A stretch of 54,805 bases of DNA, counting the filler, from Asterionella formosa (lineage: Eukaryota): assembly GCA_002256025.1 (NCBI GenBank). It is 4 parts of 4 records of this genome, joined end to end, with 100 filler letters (N's around TTAATTAATTAA, not from the genome) between each part and the next. Parts side by side here need not be neighbours in the genome. Positions count along the whole stretch, not along the records: positions 13,731 to 27,359 come from NKIB01006553.1; positions 27,460 to 41,084 come from NKIB01006554.1; 2 more parts are not named here. The stretch is one strand, 5' to 3'. Below, piece after piece: positions 24,401-34,681 of this stretch (the stretch's first letter is position 1; each line of letters opens with the position of its first letter). The translations under genes were made by a program, and so were the position numbers. Under the pieces are notes generated by a model, which was not told where the DNA came from, made no database searches, and saw only the letters and a program-made list of their open reading frames with translations.

Positions 24401-25466
24401 GTTCGGCTGGACTCAAGGCCAGGATGGGCATGAAGGTTGGCATAATATTGTTGAGGATGACAGATGTCACTTCAGGCGATACCCCCGCACTCAAAATTGC
24501 GCATGCAACTGGTGGCAGCAGGTGGTCTATTTCCACTAGATTGGCTTCCTTTTGGTAATAGAACAAAAGAACTTCCTCCAAATTTAGTCTTGCTTGTTCC
24601 AAATCACCATTCGTACAAGCAACAATCCGCTCGCCCAGAATTGAAGACTCTTCTTTGATCCAGATAACAGTGTCGATCTTGTTTTCCGAGACTTTCCATT
24701 GTTGAAAGGAGTCCGTTACAGATGACTTAGTTAAATCATCTAAAGTTTTTCCACAAATGATACGAGCCCATAAATGAGGGCGGCACTCTGTCGAGACCTT
24801 CATATTGTCGCTGATGAAGAGGTCACGAATATCATAAATTGTCGATTGGCTGGACTCCAGTGCCTCCTGGAGAGTCTCAAACACAGGCTTGACAGGAGCC
24901 TGCGGAGGCGGAATTTTCACAATTGTGGGTTTAGGTTCCGGCACAATTGTTACCACCAATGCTGCATCAATTGTTGGTTCGGAAAGCAACGACAGTTCCG
25001 AAGCAGTTCCAGATGACTTTGCTAAGCTCTCATCTATCCCAGGCATTTCCACCATCACTGGTGATTCTGCCTGTGAATGATTAGTAGCTAATGGAGCGAC
25101 AATGGCTGCTGTGGATACAGAATTCGAAACAGAAGTAGCAGGGCTTTGTTCGACGTCAAGCCAGTCCAAGATCTCCTGGGTTTCCTTGTCATCAATTTTG
25201 ACTGCTGAAGTTACCTCTACTCCAAGCATTAAGTCGCCTTCAGGCTTGTTATCATCTAGCATATCTAGGAAAGAATCATCAGATCCAGCACGCTCTCTTG
25301 TTGGATTCTCCAGAATGACAGCAGAACTACTTCCGGTCTTGACTGGCTGGTCTCCGCCTGCTGTGACCTGATGAGCAACAGCCCCGGCATCAACTCCAAA
25401 GGAGAATAAATCGTCTTCGTCATCGTCCTCCCATCCTTCGTCTTGGTTAACTTCCTCTGTGGACAT
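21492..25466 (-). CDS. TBC1D23: TBC1D23-like protein: TBC domain, coiled coil, rhodanese-like domain, long low-complexity tail
   Basis: RPHLWARII, FYLLACYHLPLLVFHLD and LSLWDLIL (TBC); FYLVDSRA..GRFPTA and FVKKGFPFVSILDGGFAAAH (rhodanese-like). Likely start MSTEEV at 25466; the track ORF extends to 25574. Confidence 0.8.
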   Translation of the reverse strand: MSTEEVNQDEGWEDDDEDDLFSFGVDAGAVAHQVTAGGDQPVKTGSSSAVILENPTRERAGSDDSFLDMLDDNKPEGDLMLGVEVTSAVKIDDKETQEILDWLDVEQSPATSVSNSVSTAAIVAPLATNHSQAESPVMVEMPGIDESLAKSSGTASELSLLSEPTIDAALVVTIVPEPKPTIVKIPPPQAPVKPVFETLQEALESSQSTIYDIRDLFISDNMKVSTECRPHLWARIICGKTLDDLTKSSVTDSFQQWKVSENKIDTVIWIKEESSILGERIVACTNGDLEQARLNLEEVLLFYYQKEANLVEIDHLLPPVACAILSAGVSPEVTSVILNNIMPTFMPILALSPAERLESAKSLHSHFYLLACYHLPLLVFHLDRYAPGWYWPKRLNDEEADCSQEESATQKGRNLENQGVVPQSWLISHLAGECKGTLMNPMWLLSLWDLILTSSNNSLRFFLSLALLEKHADALLMLTDSELLKELHRIMEFKEDTTPEGFDIAGDEDTSADEAGDWVAEWCERARSLWKDTPRSVVSRLRRAEDNAVAGALTARQRFVEERAQAMLDEEAQLHRETQEKERATKADESRERTNRARLLSYYRKCNPEKESNIDIIMKTYEDRLDVLDAKLTVKYGHGFNPVLRPAPTRPMSKSTSKLLSTMNQGFNRRKQSIEDTKKKDRAVLDNLEMKNAVTVTVSSTEVLPILCWTRESSPANSGFPRHTNEQSALKFYLVDSRAEVTVQEEGRFPTALSMSPEALMDPDRIRHLDDMFESLRGAVHIVVMGEGFSAVPTLYGIHPNPNLQHLMSEDDSRTSLCALFFVKKGFPFVSILDGGFAAAHAWLLREGPSHHLYADSVLVDYDGELSLFGRLERQHQDQHAAQQVRTQRAIQNMFESSMASITLYQRRFENASKESETSSEGPQNVQESVKKFFSRPDTDAFHSNSESVESRFKNPIGTSTSEETIATFGGNMETRAIKNPFAGMGNKLAEMRKFGESAKPTEGSLSVNIVQSDDKGAECEILTETGIRNSASYEQSRVMNAFVGLGKQVSKLRSEVPKPLQEIAKDAEAKPSAKVEIPRFRIPFGGGKRGVSPKSESMEEIVDLGLYHDGSESTGTTADTSTKSNAPPEITPIVSVFTGSFSHISPAANSLPTDNQKVHPELEGLPTKNRFAGLGASINKRVEQVNESLKLVNLGVDNATIAPPKLPDVLKRNPFARFSKPTSSNIVDAQMLGEQKSSRLTSLNINITQMRSSAMQHVINLRKQDEGTAKVPLANNEEEHISFMGEASSSFDAVSLSDFTLTSTEVVAVDETVLPVKAEIVKI

Positions 25467-27149
25467 TTGGTATTGCCGGTACTCCTTTGGGAAAGAGGAA
25501 GGAGCGTTAAAGAAATAAATGAACAGGTCGAACCTCTGAAGTACTAGGTACGTAGACGAGTCAATTACTGGCACAGTCTATTTTACATATGGTATTCAGA
25601 ATACTCCATATTCCACATTATATATATTGGTCCATTACTCCGATCGTTCATACATATAGGTAAATAAGTTGCTCGGAGTATACCGGTAATTATCATACAG
25701 TACGAGGTTACCTGGTGTATTTATGCAGGGCGGTACCTGGTACCAGGGTACCAGGTAGTCAGTCTGTGGCTCCCGTCTTGTCATGGTGCACTCTGTGCCC
25801 CCAGCATTGTTTTTAGTAATTCATTGAGTACGTAGGTACCAGGGTACTTACTTTTCATTTTACATATTACATTTACATGCTATTCATACATGTATACTAT
25901 ACATACCGGTGCCACATAACGCTCCGTCGACTGACTTTCATGTCATACCAAACTAATTATTCTCTACAGCAGTGGATCGTAGGCTTGTCTTCCAGTCGTT
26001 GTGTTCTTGAAGGTCTGGTACCAGGTACCATCGTGTACATTTTATCCGCACCTTTTCAGTTGCGACACACTCCCAATGATTCGTCTCATGCCTTCCAGAC
26101 GAGCTAGGCCAGCTTTTAATTTAGGAAAACATTACTCATATGGACTGATGACGATTTGCAGAATAAGTCTCTGAACATGACTCGGACTTGCTGACTGATG
26201 AACCTGTTCAGCAAACCGTCTTCTAGCTTTGGAATACAATAGGAATCATATCTTTCGATGCTTAAAACTTTCTGACAATGATTAGAATTTGCTGACAATG
26301 ACTAAGATTGGCTGACTATGACTAGAACTTGCTGACAACGGAAGGGACTTGTGGATACAAATAGATTTTCTGAATCAACCTTATGCCTATGAAGTATATA
26401 CATGAACAGACAGAACCACTACCCCCTGATAGCCTTCTTGCCAATGCTATTTTGGTATTCATTTTTTATTCAACAGCTACCCATAGTGGAAGCTAGTGGA
26501 CTAGTAATTTACTTACACTGTGTACAAAGCTCCCAGTATAGTGATCATCAATGTTTGCATATCAGTACCAGGTACCTGGTATACCTTCAATTTTTTTGTC
26601 ATTTTGCTAAAATTGATAATGTGACACAGGACAGGCGTTTAATTACATAGAAAACATCATCAATTCACTCTTTAAAATCATGTGTATGCATGGTGATCAC
26701 CATTTAGTGATGTACTAGGTTTTATGCTAACTTATTCTTCAAAACAGGGAAACATCAAGAAAACAAAACAATGAACAGGGCAATAGAGGGGCGGCCCAAA
26801 GCAAAAGTAAGCAAATCTTTCTTACTTTGCATTCGTCTCTCCTAACTCAAAATTGTTCTCCTTTTCCAGCCAAAGAGATGAATACAACCAATAGTGAACG
26901 GTTCTATATCAATTGGATTTGAAATATTTGCATCCTAGCATCATCACACATAACAACTAGTGGTGCCCAATATAAAGTGGTAAAAACAACCTATCTTAAT
27001 CAACTGTTTTCAAAGTTGTTGGGATTGTAAATTCATAACTGCTAGCATCATCATAGCAACGACCCGATATAACTGTTTTTGAATACCGGTTTATATTTAC
27101 ATTATGTACACATGGCAGGTATGCATGTATACTATACACTATATCGAGG

Positions 27150-27204
27150 ACTGTCAACTGTCAACTGTCAACTGTCGACTGTCGACTGTCGACTGTCGAC
27201 TGTC
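27150..27204. repeat. 7-bp microsatellite (ACTGTCR)x8
   Basis: Three ACTGTCA units, then four ACTGTCG units and a final ACTGTC. Confidence 0.95.
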
Positions 27205-27359
27205 TGCAAACTAATGAAGATAATAGTAAACTGGTAATTGTATTATGTGTACTACATTGACTCTCGACTACATACATAGTATAATGAGGTCAATACTGGT
27301 AGTAGCAAACAATTTTAATATCTCGTCACCACCATGCGTCCATCATTCTCATTTCACAA

Positions 27360-27459
27360 NNNNNNNNNNNNNNNNNNNNNNNNNNNNNNNNNNNNNNNNN
27401 NNNTTAATTAATTAANNNNNNNNNNNNNNNNNNNNNNNNNNNNNNNNNNNNNNNNNNNN
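27360..27459. other. Artificial scaffold linker
   Basis: 44 N + TTAATTAATTAA + 44 N. Confidence 0.97.
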
Positions 27460-27640
27460 CAGCAATGATGATGAAGAATCCTTCACAATCTCCAAAATTA
27501 TTTCACCTCTGTATATATCATGTACACATTCCTATTTTCGATTTGCTCTTTCAGGAATGCCAGAATTGTCCGCAATCACATCCATCATTGCCTTATTATT
27601 TATTGCATAAATTTTTCAAAAAAGTGAACATTCATTTGCC

Positions 27641-28184
27641 CTACACCTTGGTATGGTCTTCCACTTCCTTCAATCTGGAAATCATTTGATGGATGCAAGC
27701 AAGGACATTGTCATTTATGGCCTGTACTGATTGAGATCCAAGCTTCGCGTCCTTCAACAAGAATCTACCCACCAACCTTTCTTTGTACACAGACAACCAG
27801 TGCTGCTTTGTTTCGCCATCGTAGCTTGTCCTGATATTGAGCGCGTGTGACGGTAGTGTTAATAAATGATATTGCACGAAAGTGTAATTCTGATAGAAAA
27901 TAAATCACCTACCAAATTCTTCCATTTCTTGACGGAAAGTGAATAACAAACGTTCCATCAGGATTCAATCGAAGACCCGTCTCTAGCTTGTTCTGTACAA
28001 TCCAATCTGCATGTTCATTCTGCAAATGCTCCAGAGCTACCTTGGAAAGATGATGTACATAGACTGGATAGAAGCGACGGTCGGTGTCGTCTTGATAGGG
28101 TGAATTCGTTGACATCATTCTCGATGACGATTTGGTGACTTGAGCCAGTTGCATGGAGCAGCAACGGGATAATGAACGAGACAT
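27641..28184 (-). CDS. Hypothetical 153-aa protein, probably mitochondrial, 2 exons
   Basis: Exons 28184-27913 and 27830-27641; an 82-bp GT-AG intron joins GRI-W-TSYDGETKQHWL in frame. The N-terminus MSRSLSRCCSMQLAQVTKSSSRMMST is R/S-rich and acid-free, like a mitochondrial presequence. Confidence 0.75.
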
Positions 28185-30813
28185 TGTTGCACACAAGATG
28201 CAAGCGACGATAGGAACCAAAGTATAGTCAGCAGCACTGACAGAACGAGGAAACAATTGATGCTTTGTTCAATATTATTCTGAAGAAAAACAGACATAAT
28301 GCTGTGATCTACACAAGTAAAAGCTGACGAGAAAAGGATGAAGGTACTGGTACTCTACCAGGTACCACACCGGTATCAAAAACAGACCCAGTAGTCCCAC
28401 CATGAATAGCTATGCCTACATAAATAAACCGGTATAAATTCTCCATATTGTACCTATAATTATCTGATTTAATACCGTACAATGCATGTGTTCACGTTTG
28501 AATCGGTTGATACGAGCTAAATAAGTAGCAATGTAGCGATCGAAAGTATGCATGAAAATTCATGTCCTTAGCTACTTGCTTTGCTGTTGCATAAAATAAA
28601 TGATGTACCGGTAGAACATTACACATCTCATGTCGTGAAGTCAGGTATGATTTTTTCGTTGACAGAAAACCCGGATATTGTTTGAATTTCAATGTTTATG
28701 GTATAAATCTCGTGTTGTTGTGGTTGTTAAATGACGAAGGCAATTCGCTATGTCATTTCAGCTGAATCTTTTTGTTCAGCTGAAATAATATGCATGTATG
28801 AAAACTCAAAATCTGATGAATAATTATGTTTTTTAAATTGAATTAGCTGTAACTATATATATTTCTGATGCAGGACTCATGGTTCATGGTATGTAATTTT
28901 TATGTAATATTTATTCTACCCAAAACCCCTTTTCTCTATCAAAACTTAGATTTGTTTAGATAGCAGCAGGATAAGGGAGTGATAGCAATCTGTTCTGACA
29001 AATTCATGCCTGTATCCACATGTACCTACTTGCGTGAATTTTCAATAGAAGTCAATGCTCAACCAAATCTATTGATTGTTCACAGTTGTTCATCTTGTAC
29101 TTTTATACCGGAAAAGCTCCTCTGATTCAAATGAGTTCTTTGAAGAAGAATTGAAATGAAGACAGTAATGATGAAGAGTGTGTGGTGAGTAGTGCATTCT
29201 CACACATTTCTATCTCTTCATGCAATGATGGCAAAGCCACTGTCAACAGTGGTGGTGCACAGAGAATGAGAGAATCCTTTTGCATGCATTTCAATGCTGT
29301 ACTTTTGGGTTTTAAAATGAAAATTTGGCCTCAGGTACAACTTGAAATGCGGAAACCAGAAAAACAAATCCAACAAGGAATGAAAAGGAGGTGACAGTGG
29401 TAGTAGCAAGAACAAATCCTAATGCGGAAACCGGAACAATGACTGCATCAAGGATTGCAAAGAAAATCTAAAATGCTAAAACAAGAACAAGGAAAATTAT
29501 TGCAAGAACAGCAACAGCAGGAACAAAAAATAAAACAACAGTAACAGACACACTTTCAACACACCAAGTGAACACTGAGCCATTGTTGGATACTGATGAA
29601 CTGATTCTAAATGAAATGGTAGCAAGGAAATTACTTTGTGGGAATGAGAACAAATATGCAAGACATACTATGGAAAGGGCAGTTAAAGAAACTCCAATGT
29701 AATAAAAAAATGCAAGACAAAAATATGGTAGATCACAAAGAGAGAAGGATCAAAGCGAATAAATGAAAGGCAGATATATGCAGTCAAAGCAAAAGGCAAA
29801 TATTGAATTAATAGTTACACTTAACTATCATGAATATAGGATCAAAGGTATCATACGCTAAGTGGCACAGGATTTTTACATAAATGACAGTTTTTGGATC
29901 AAAAATATGATCAATGTATCATATAATTATGATCATGCTGTAAACTTTTACCAAGCTTGAAGTAATACCATTGCATCATATAATTAGTTAAACATGGTCC
30001 TATGATGTGTATTCTTTTGTCATGCATCTATCTTAGCATCATGATCGTAATTCTCATCGATATCACTGTCTAAAATAGGATGAAATGGATCGAAAATTAG
30101 AACTACATTTAATAATGGCTTTATGTTGCTTTCTATACCTTGAGTGGCTACAGAATGTTCTACGATTCTCTCATCAGAATGATTGGTGCTTCAGCTGCTT
30201 TCACTTCCACCATCCCCCCAATCCAATTCTGAAGGCTGTTGTATTGGTTGCATTGCCGTTGTTCCCCTGCTTTGTTCCATTTACTCCTGACGGATCTGAG
30301 TTTGCATTCACGCATTTTCCTACTACTATTGAATCCGTTTCGTTGTTCCAATCAGCCATACTAACAAAGAGAAGCAATTCATTGTAAGCTGTTCATGGTT
30401 TTCTTACACAACAAGATGAATTTCGCTTCTATCTTCACTTACCACAAATTGAGGAAGTATCTGATGCATATTTCTGTAAAATAATGTGTCACTTGAAGAT
30501 TGAATGAGAAAGTATCGATCAATAAATGGGCTCCAACACTGCTGTTTGTAATTTACTTAAACTGTTTGTCTACAATTATCTTGAAAGAAGAAACACTCAT
30601 GTGTCAGTCAGTTTTTCTAACAGTTGTGGATTGATCCAAAGATGATAGCACTTACCGATTTCTTTTGTCCACATTGATGGTTGGCCAGCCACCAAATCGA
30701 AAAGGAGCTTTTGAATCACTGAAAGGGGACAAGTAATTCTGTATTTTTAATCCCAACAATTGATCATCCTGGCATTTGCTCTTGACATGATGCCGTGATA
30801 CTATGCACAGCTT

Positions 30814-31133
30814 GTTGATTCCGCCCTTCTCCATCATATTCACTCCTTCTCAGCCGCATGGTGTATCATTGTGTTGTATTGTCACTTCAGTTTTTCGCAT
30901 TACGTGTTGCTTGAGATCCTTCCTTTCAGGAAGTGGATGCATGACAAGGAACCAAGGAACATGAAAGGCATTTGCTCTTGACTCACCATCAATTGATTCC
31001 GCCCTTCTCCGTAGTCACTCCTTCTAAGCCGCAAGTATCATTGTGTTGTATTGTCATTTTCCTTTTCTGCGCCATCATGTGTGATGATCCTTCATTTCAG
31101 GAGCAAAGTGTATGCATGACAAGGAACATGAAA
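30814..31133. repeat. Diverged tandem duplication, period ~180 bp
   Basis: 30814-30966 and 30993-31133 share TTGATTCCGCCCTTCTCC..CACTCCTTCT..GTATCATTGTGTTGTATTGTCA..GATCCTTC..ATGCATGACAAGGAAC. Confidence 0.9.
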
Positions 31134-34100
31134 ACATGATTTCAAATGTTTCAGCCATGAATGCATCTATACAAAGATTTGTGAGAAGTTTAAATGTATA
31201 TATAGTTGAACATTTGCATTGTTTTAAACACGCTCAATATATGGCACATCCTGTGTATACAAACATCAATTTTGATCATACCTAATTCAAATATATACAA
31301 TGCATGATGAGTTCATAGTTTTCCACGACCTGTTGAATATATTCAATTTGTTATGTGAATTCTTGTACCTATAAGTCAATGGCTGATTTAATTAAGCCCC
31401 TTAATAAACAGGAGTCATCACCAATTTTTCAAATGGTCTAAATCATACATTTATGAATATAGACACATTGACCATATACATTCGAAAAATTCATATGGCC
31501 TACCGGTAGTAGTACTGTATACTTGCTGGGTATTACTTCTATCATGGGAGTACCACAATAGTGCAGCGGAAAACTGAATATGCTCAGGTGTTTAGGATCA
31601 TTTGATCATATTTTCAAGATCAATTACTAATCCTGATTCCTGGAAAAAAAAAATTGGTATTTCATTTTCTCATCAATGACACCATTTATCATATGATCAA
31701 TATGTTATGATCAAAGGTATAGGATGAACAAATCAAAATTTATTGATTAAAGATCATAGTTTATACCGGAGTAGTTACTCATGCATGCAACCCCTTCCTC
31801 CCCTTGTATACAGTATGGAAGTGATAATCCCCAAGCTGCCAAATTTCTATGTCTTGTAAGAATTATCGCAGCATGCATGCATAATACATGACTCCTACTG
31901 GTATTTACAATGCGGAAATGATGACCACCAGAATACCCAGTATCCTATAGGTCTTCTAGAATTGTCGCAACATGATGGCTGCATATCTACTATTGAAAGG
32001 GCGGGAGGAGTCATCCATGCACCTGTATGATATTAAATATGGAAATGATCAAATAAAGTCTACAAAAGGAGCAGTGCATCATATATGCCCTGTTATATTA
32101 ATTCCTATAAAATCTCTTGATCTGTTCTGCGCTTTTTCGCCACAATTGTTTTCATTTTTTCACTGGAAAGCAGCATTCGAATCGATTATGCTTCAAACAA
32201 AGCAATGATCAAAGTCCAACCCATGGCAGAATGTTGAGTCTCAAACTATTTGTCAGCCAGTCGATTAAAATGGGATCATCTTTTGTTTACCCTTGTTGTG
32301 TTTGTTCATTGACTTTGACTTGACAACTGTCAGCCAAGAGCAGCCATGGTATCATGCCACCATATATTGTCTATGCGATTTTCAAATGCATTCAGCTATG
32401 ACAACTTTTGCTCCTAGACACTTTCTCACCGCCCTTGTCATATATGTTTCTTTATCCTTTGGCTGCACAGGTCCAGGTTAATCAATACCTTCATCTGCAA
32501 GTTCAGTCAAGCACGCTGGCGTCAAGAAAACCTCAACCTCGATTTTCCTCACATGGGCTGCTCCACCCATTGACTTCTTCATTGATGAAGACGAGGTAGC
32601 TATATTGATGTCAGGGGGCGCAGGCTTGTGTATAGCTAGATTGATCATGCCGAAAGCACTGCTTCCTTTTCCCGTAGGTACCCCCCTATTTGTCAACATT
32701 GTTTGGGTCAATCCATTCTTGTTCATGCAAGACCAGCAGCAATTATCTCTTTACTTCGTCTCCTCCCAATAACCTTTATTTCTCTTTCACAATTGTCCTG
32801 ATGATGTTTGCAGAGCATTTTTAGTTCCCTTTTGATTTTTCCACTGGTTTCAATCCCTTTTGCATTCAAGTCAAGAAACAAGCAACTCATTGAAATTTCT
32901 GGAGGCTTTGGTCAGTGGCACCATACAGCAACAATCAACAGATCATGGCGGCTGTTCTCCATTTTCTGTAGCAAGTGACATCTATGAAGGTTCTGGGATC
33001 ATTGGGGAGAAAATGAGTAGGCTTCTCTGTGTTTGCCCCCGCCTGTTTGGCAGCCATTCTACCATTGCTTCCTCTCAATCAATACTAGATAGTATAGCTA
33101 ATGAAAACCGTAATTAGATGAAATGTGACTTCCGGTTTCTAATATTTTACATTGTTGCACTACTGAATCTTAAATCCATAAATGGTCATTCAACTTGTGC
33201 TTCCTGCATTTTCGCAGTATAGACTGGCTGGTGGTCGATAGGCCAAAGTGTCTGGGTTTTTTAACATCTACAAAGTACTAGTGCTTTTGTCGAGGTTTGT
33301 GTCTAAATCCAACTGCTGCCATCCATTGAACCATTCCAAATACATCAAATAATATGCCCCTGTTGTTAAAGGTAAGGAACTAGTACAATGACAAAGGAAA
33401 TCTAATGAGACATGAAAATTACGAAACCAGAATCACTCTGTTACTATACATAGACAGACACCAGTCTCCTGCTTCTTTGTGCAAATCGCCTGCTATGCTG
33501 CGTTTCAATTCTATATATATTATGTTCTTGTTAGAGAGACAATGTAACATAGAAGTAGATTATGCTGTTCTATAATGGATGTTGTTTAGCTATGATTGAG
33601 GCTACAACACTGATCGATGCTCCGGTGACAGACCAGAAATATTCATCTTGTGTGATGAGCCATTTCGTTTTCATTGGATTTCTTTTCAAGCTCTGAACGG
33701 ATTGCATACGAACATACTGTGCACTGTAGATGATGATTCATCGAAGACATATGATGACTTGAACGACAAATGAAGATTTTATCATAAACACTTGTTCCTC
33801 TTGACATGGCTGCTCTGTCGTTGTTGCAAGAATCAGAGTGAGGACTGGAGAGGATGATGAGCAAACCCCATACCTTCAGCTGGTACAACATTATCCTACC
33901 AAAAAATTTAAATAAAGGAACCTAAAAGAAACAATACATATAATAATGAAATTTATATAGTCAAAAGAGTTACTATTTAAATTACAAGGACATTTGTCAA
34001 AATAATTAGATGATATAACGAAAAATTATGATCAGATGATCATAATCCTATGATGCATCATAGGAATATGATTGTTTTTTTTTGCAGACAATGGACTGCT

Positions 34101-34681
34101 GAGATGTAAACAACCCAAAGGGATTCCTGCCATTGTGTTTTGCCCTCTCTACAAATGAACTTGGACAAGGAGTACAAGCAGTAACTGATAATGGCATTAT
34201 GCATACTATGTTCTGGAAAAAGGAGAAATGAGATAATATACTTTACCCCTCACAAAAGACACATTGTCCAGAATCCAAGTGAGGCTGTCATTTCACCATT
34301 TTTGGATGAAAAGAGACAAGCCACACTTGATGGAGCTTTCCCTTGTGAAAATTATAGAAAATTGAGTGTGCAGCAAGCTCATGCTTTGTGATATCCTCAT
34401 GATAGCAAGTCAAAATGAAGGTGTAAGTTTATGAAAGAATGAACAAATGCTTGTGGATACTTCAAGGAAAAGCATGGTTGCAGTGTGTCTTGCAAACGTT
34501 CTGCAATATGAATCAACAATTTCAATAAGCAATAATAAGTCATTCTTAAGTAATAATGTTTTTTCATGTTTTTTGTCAAATGAAAATCTGGTTAAACAGG
34601 TAGGTAGGAAGGTGAATCTTACTGAAAAATCTTACAAGTCTTGCAAAGGATTGCATCAATGAGCTCCCTAACTTGGGTACC

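Noticed and set aside
30814..31133. Tandem snoRNA pair
   Set aside because: No consistent C/D or H/ACA boxes in both copies, and no rRNA complementarity recognised.
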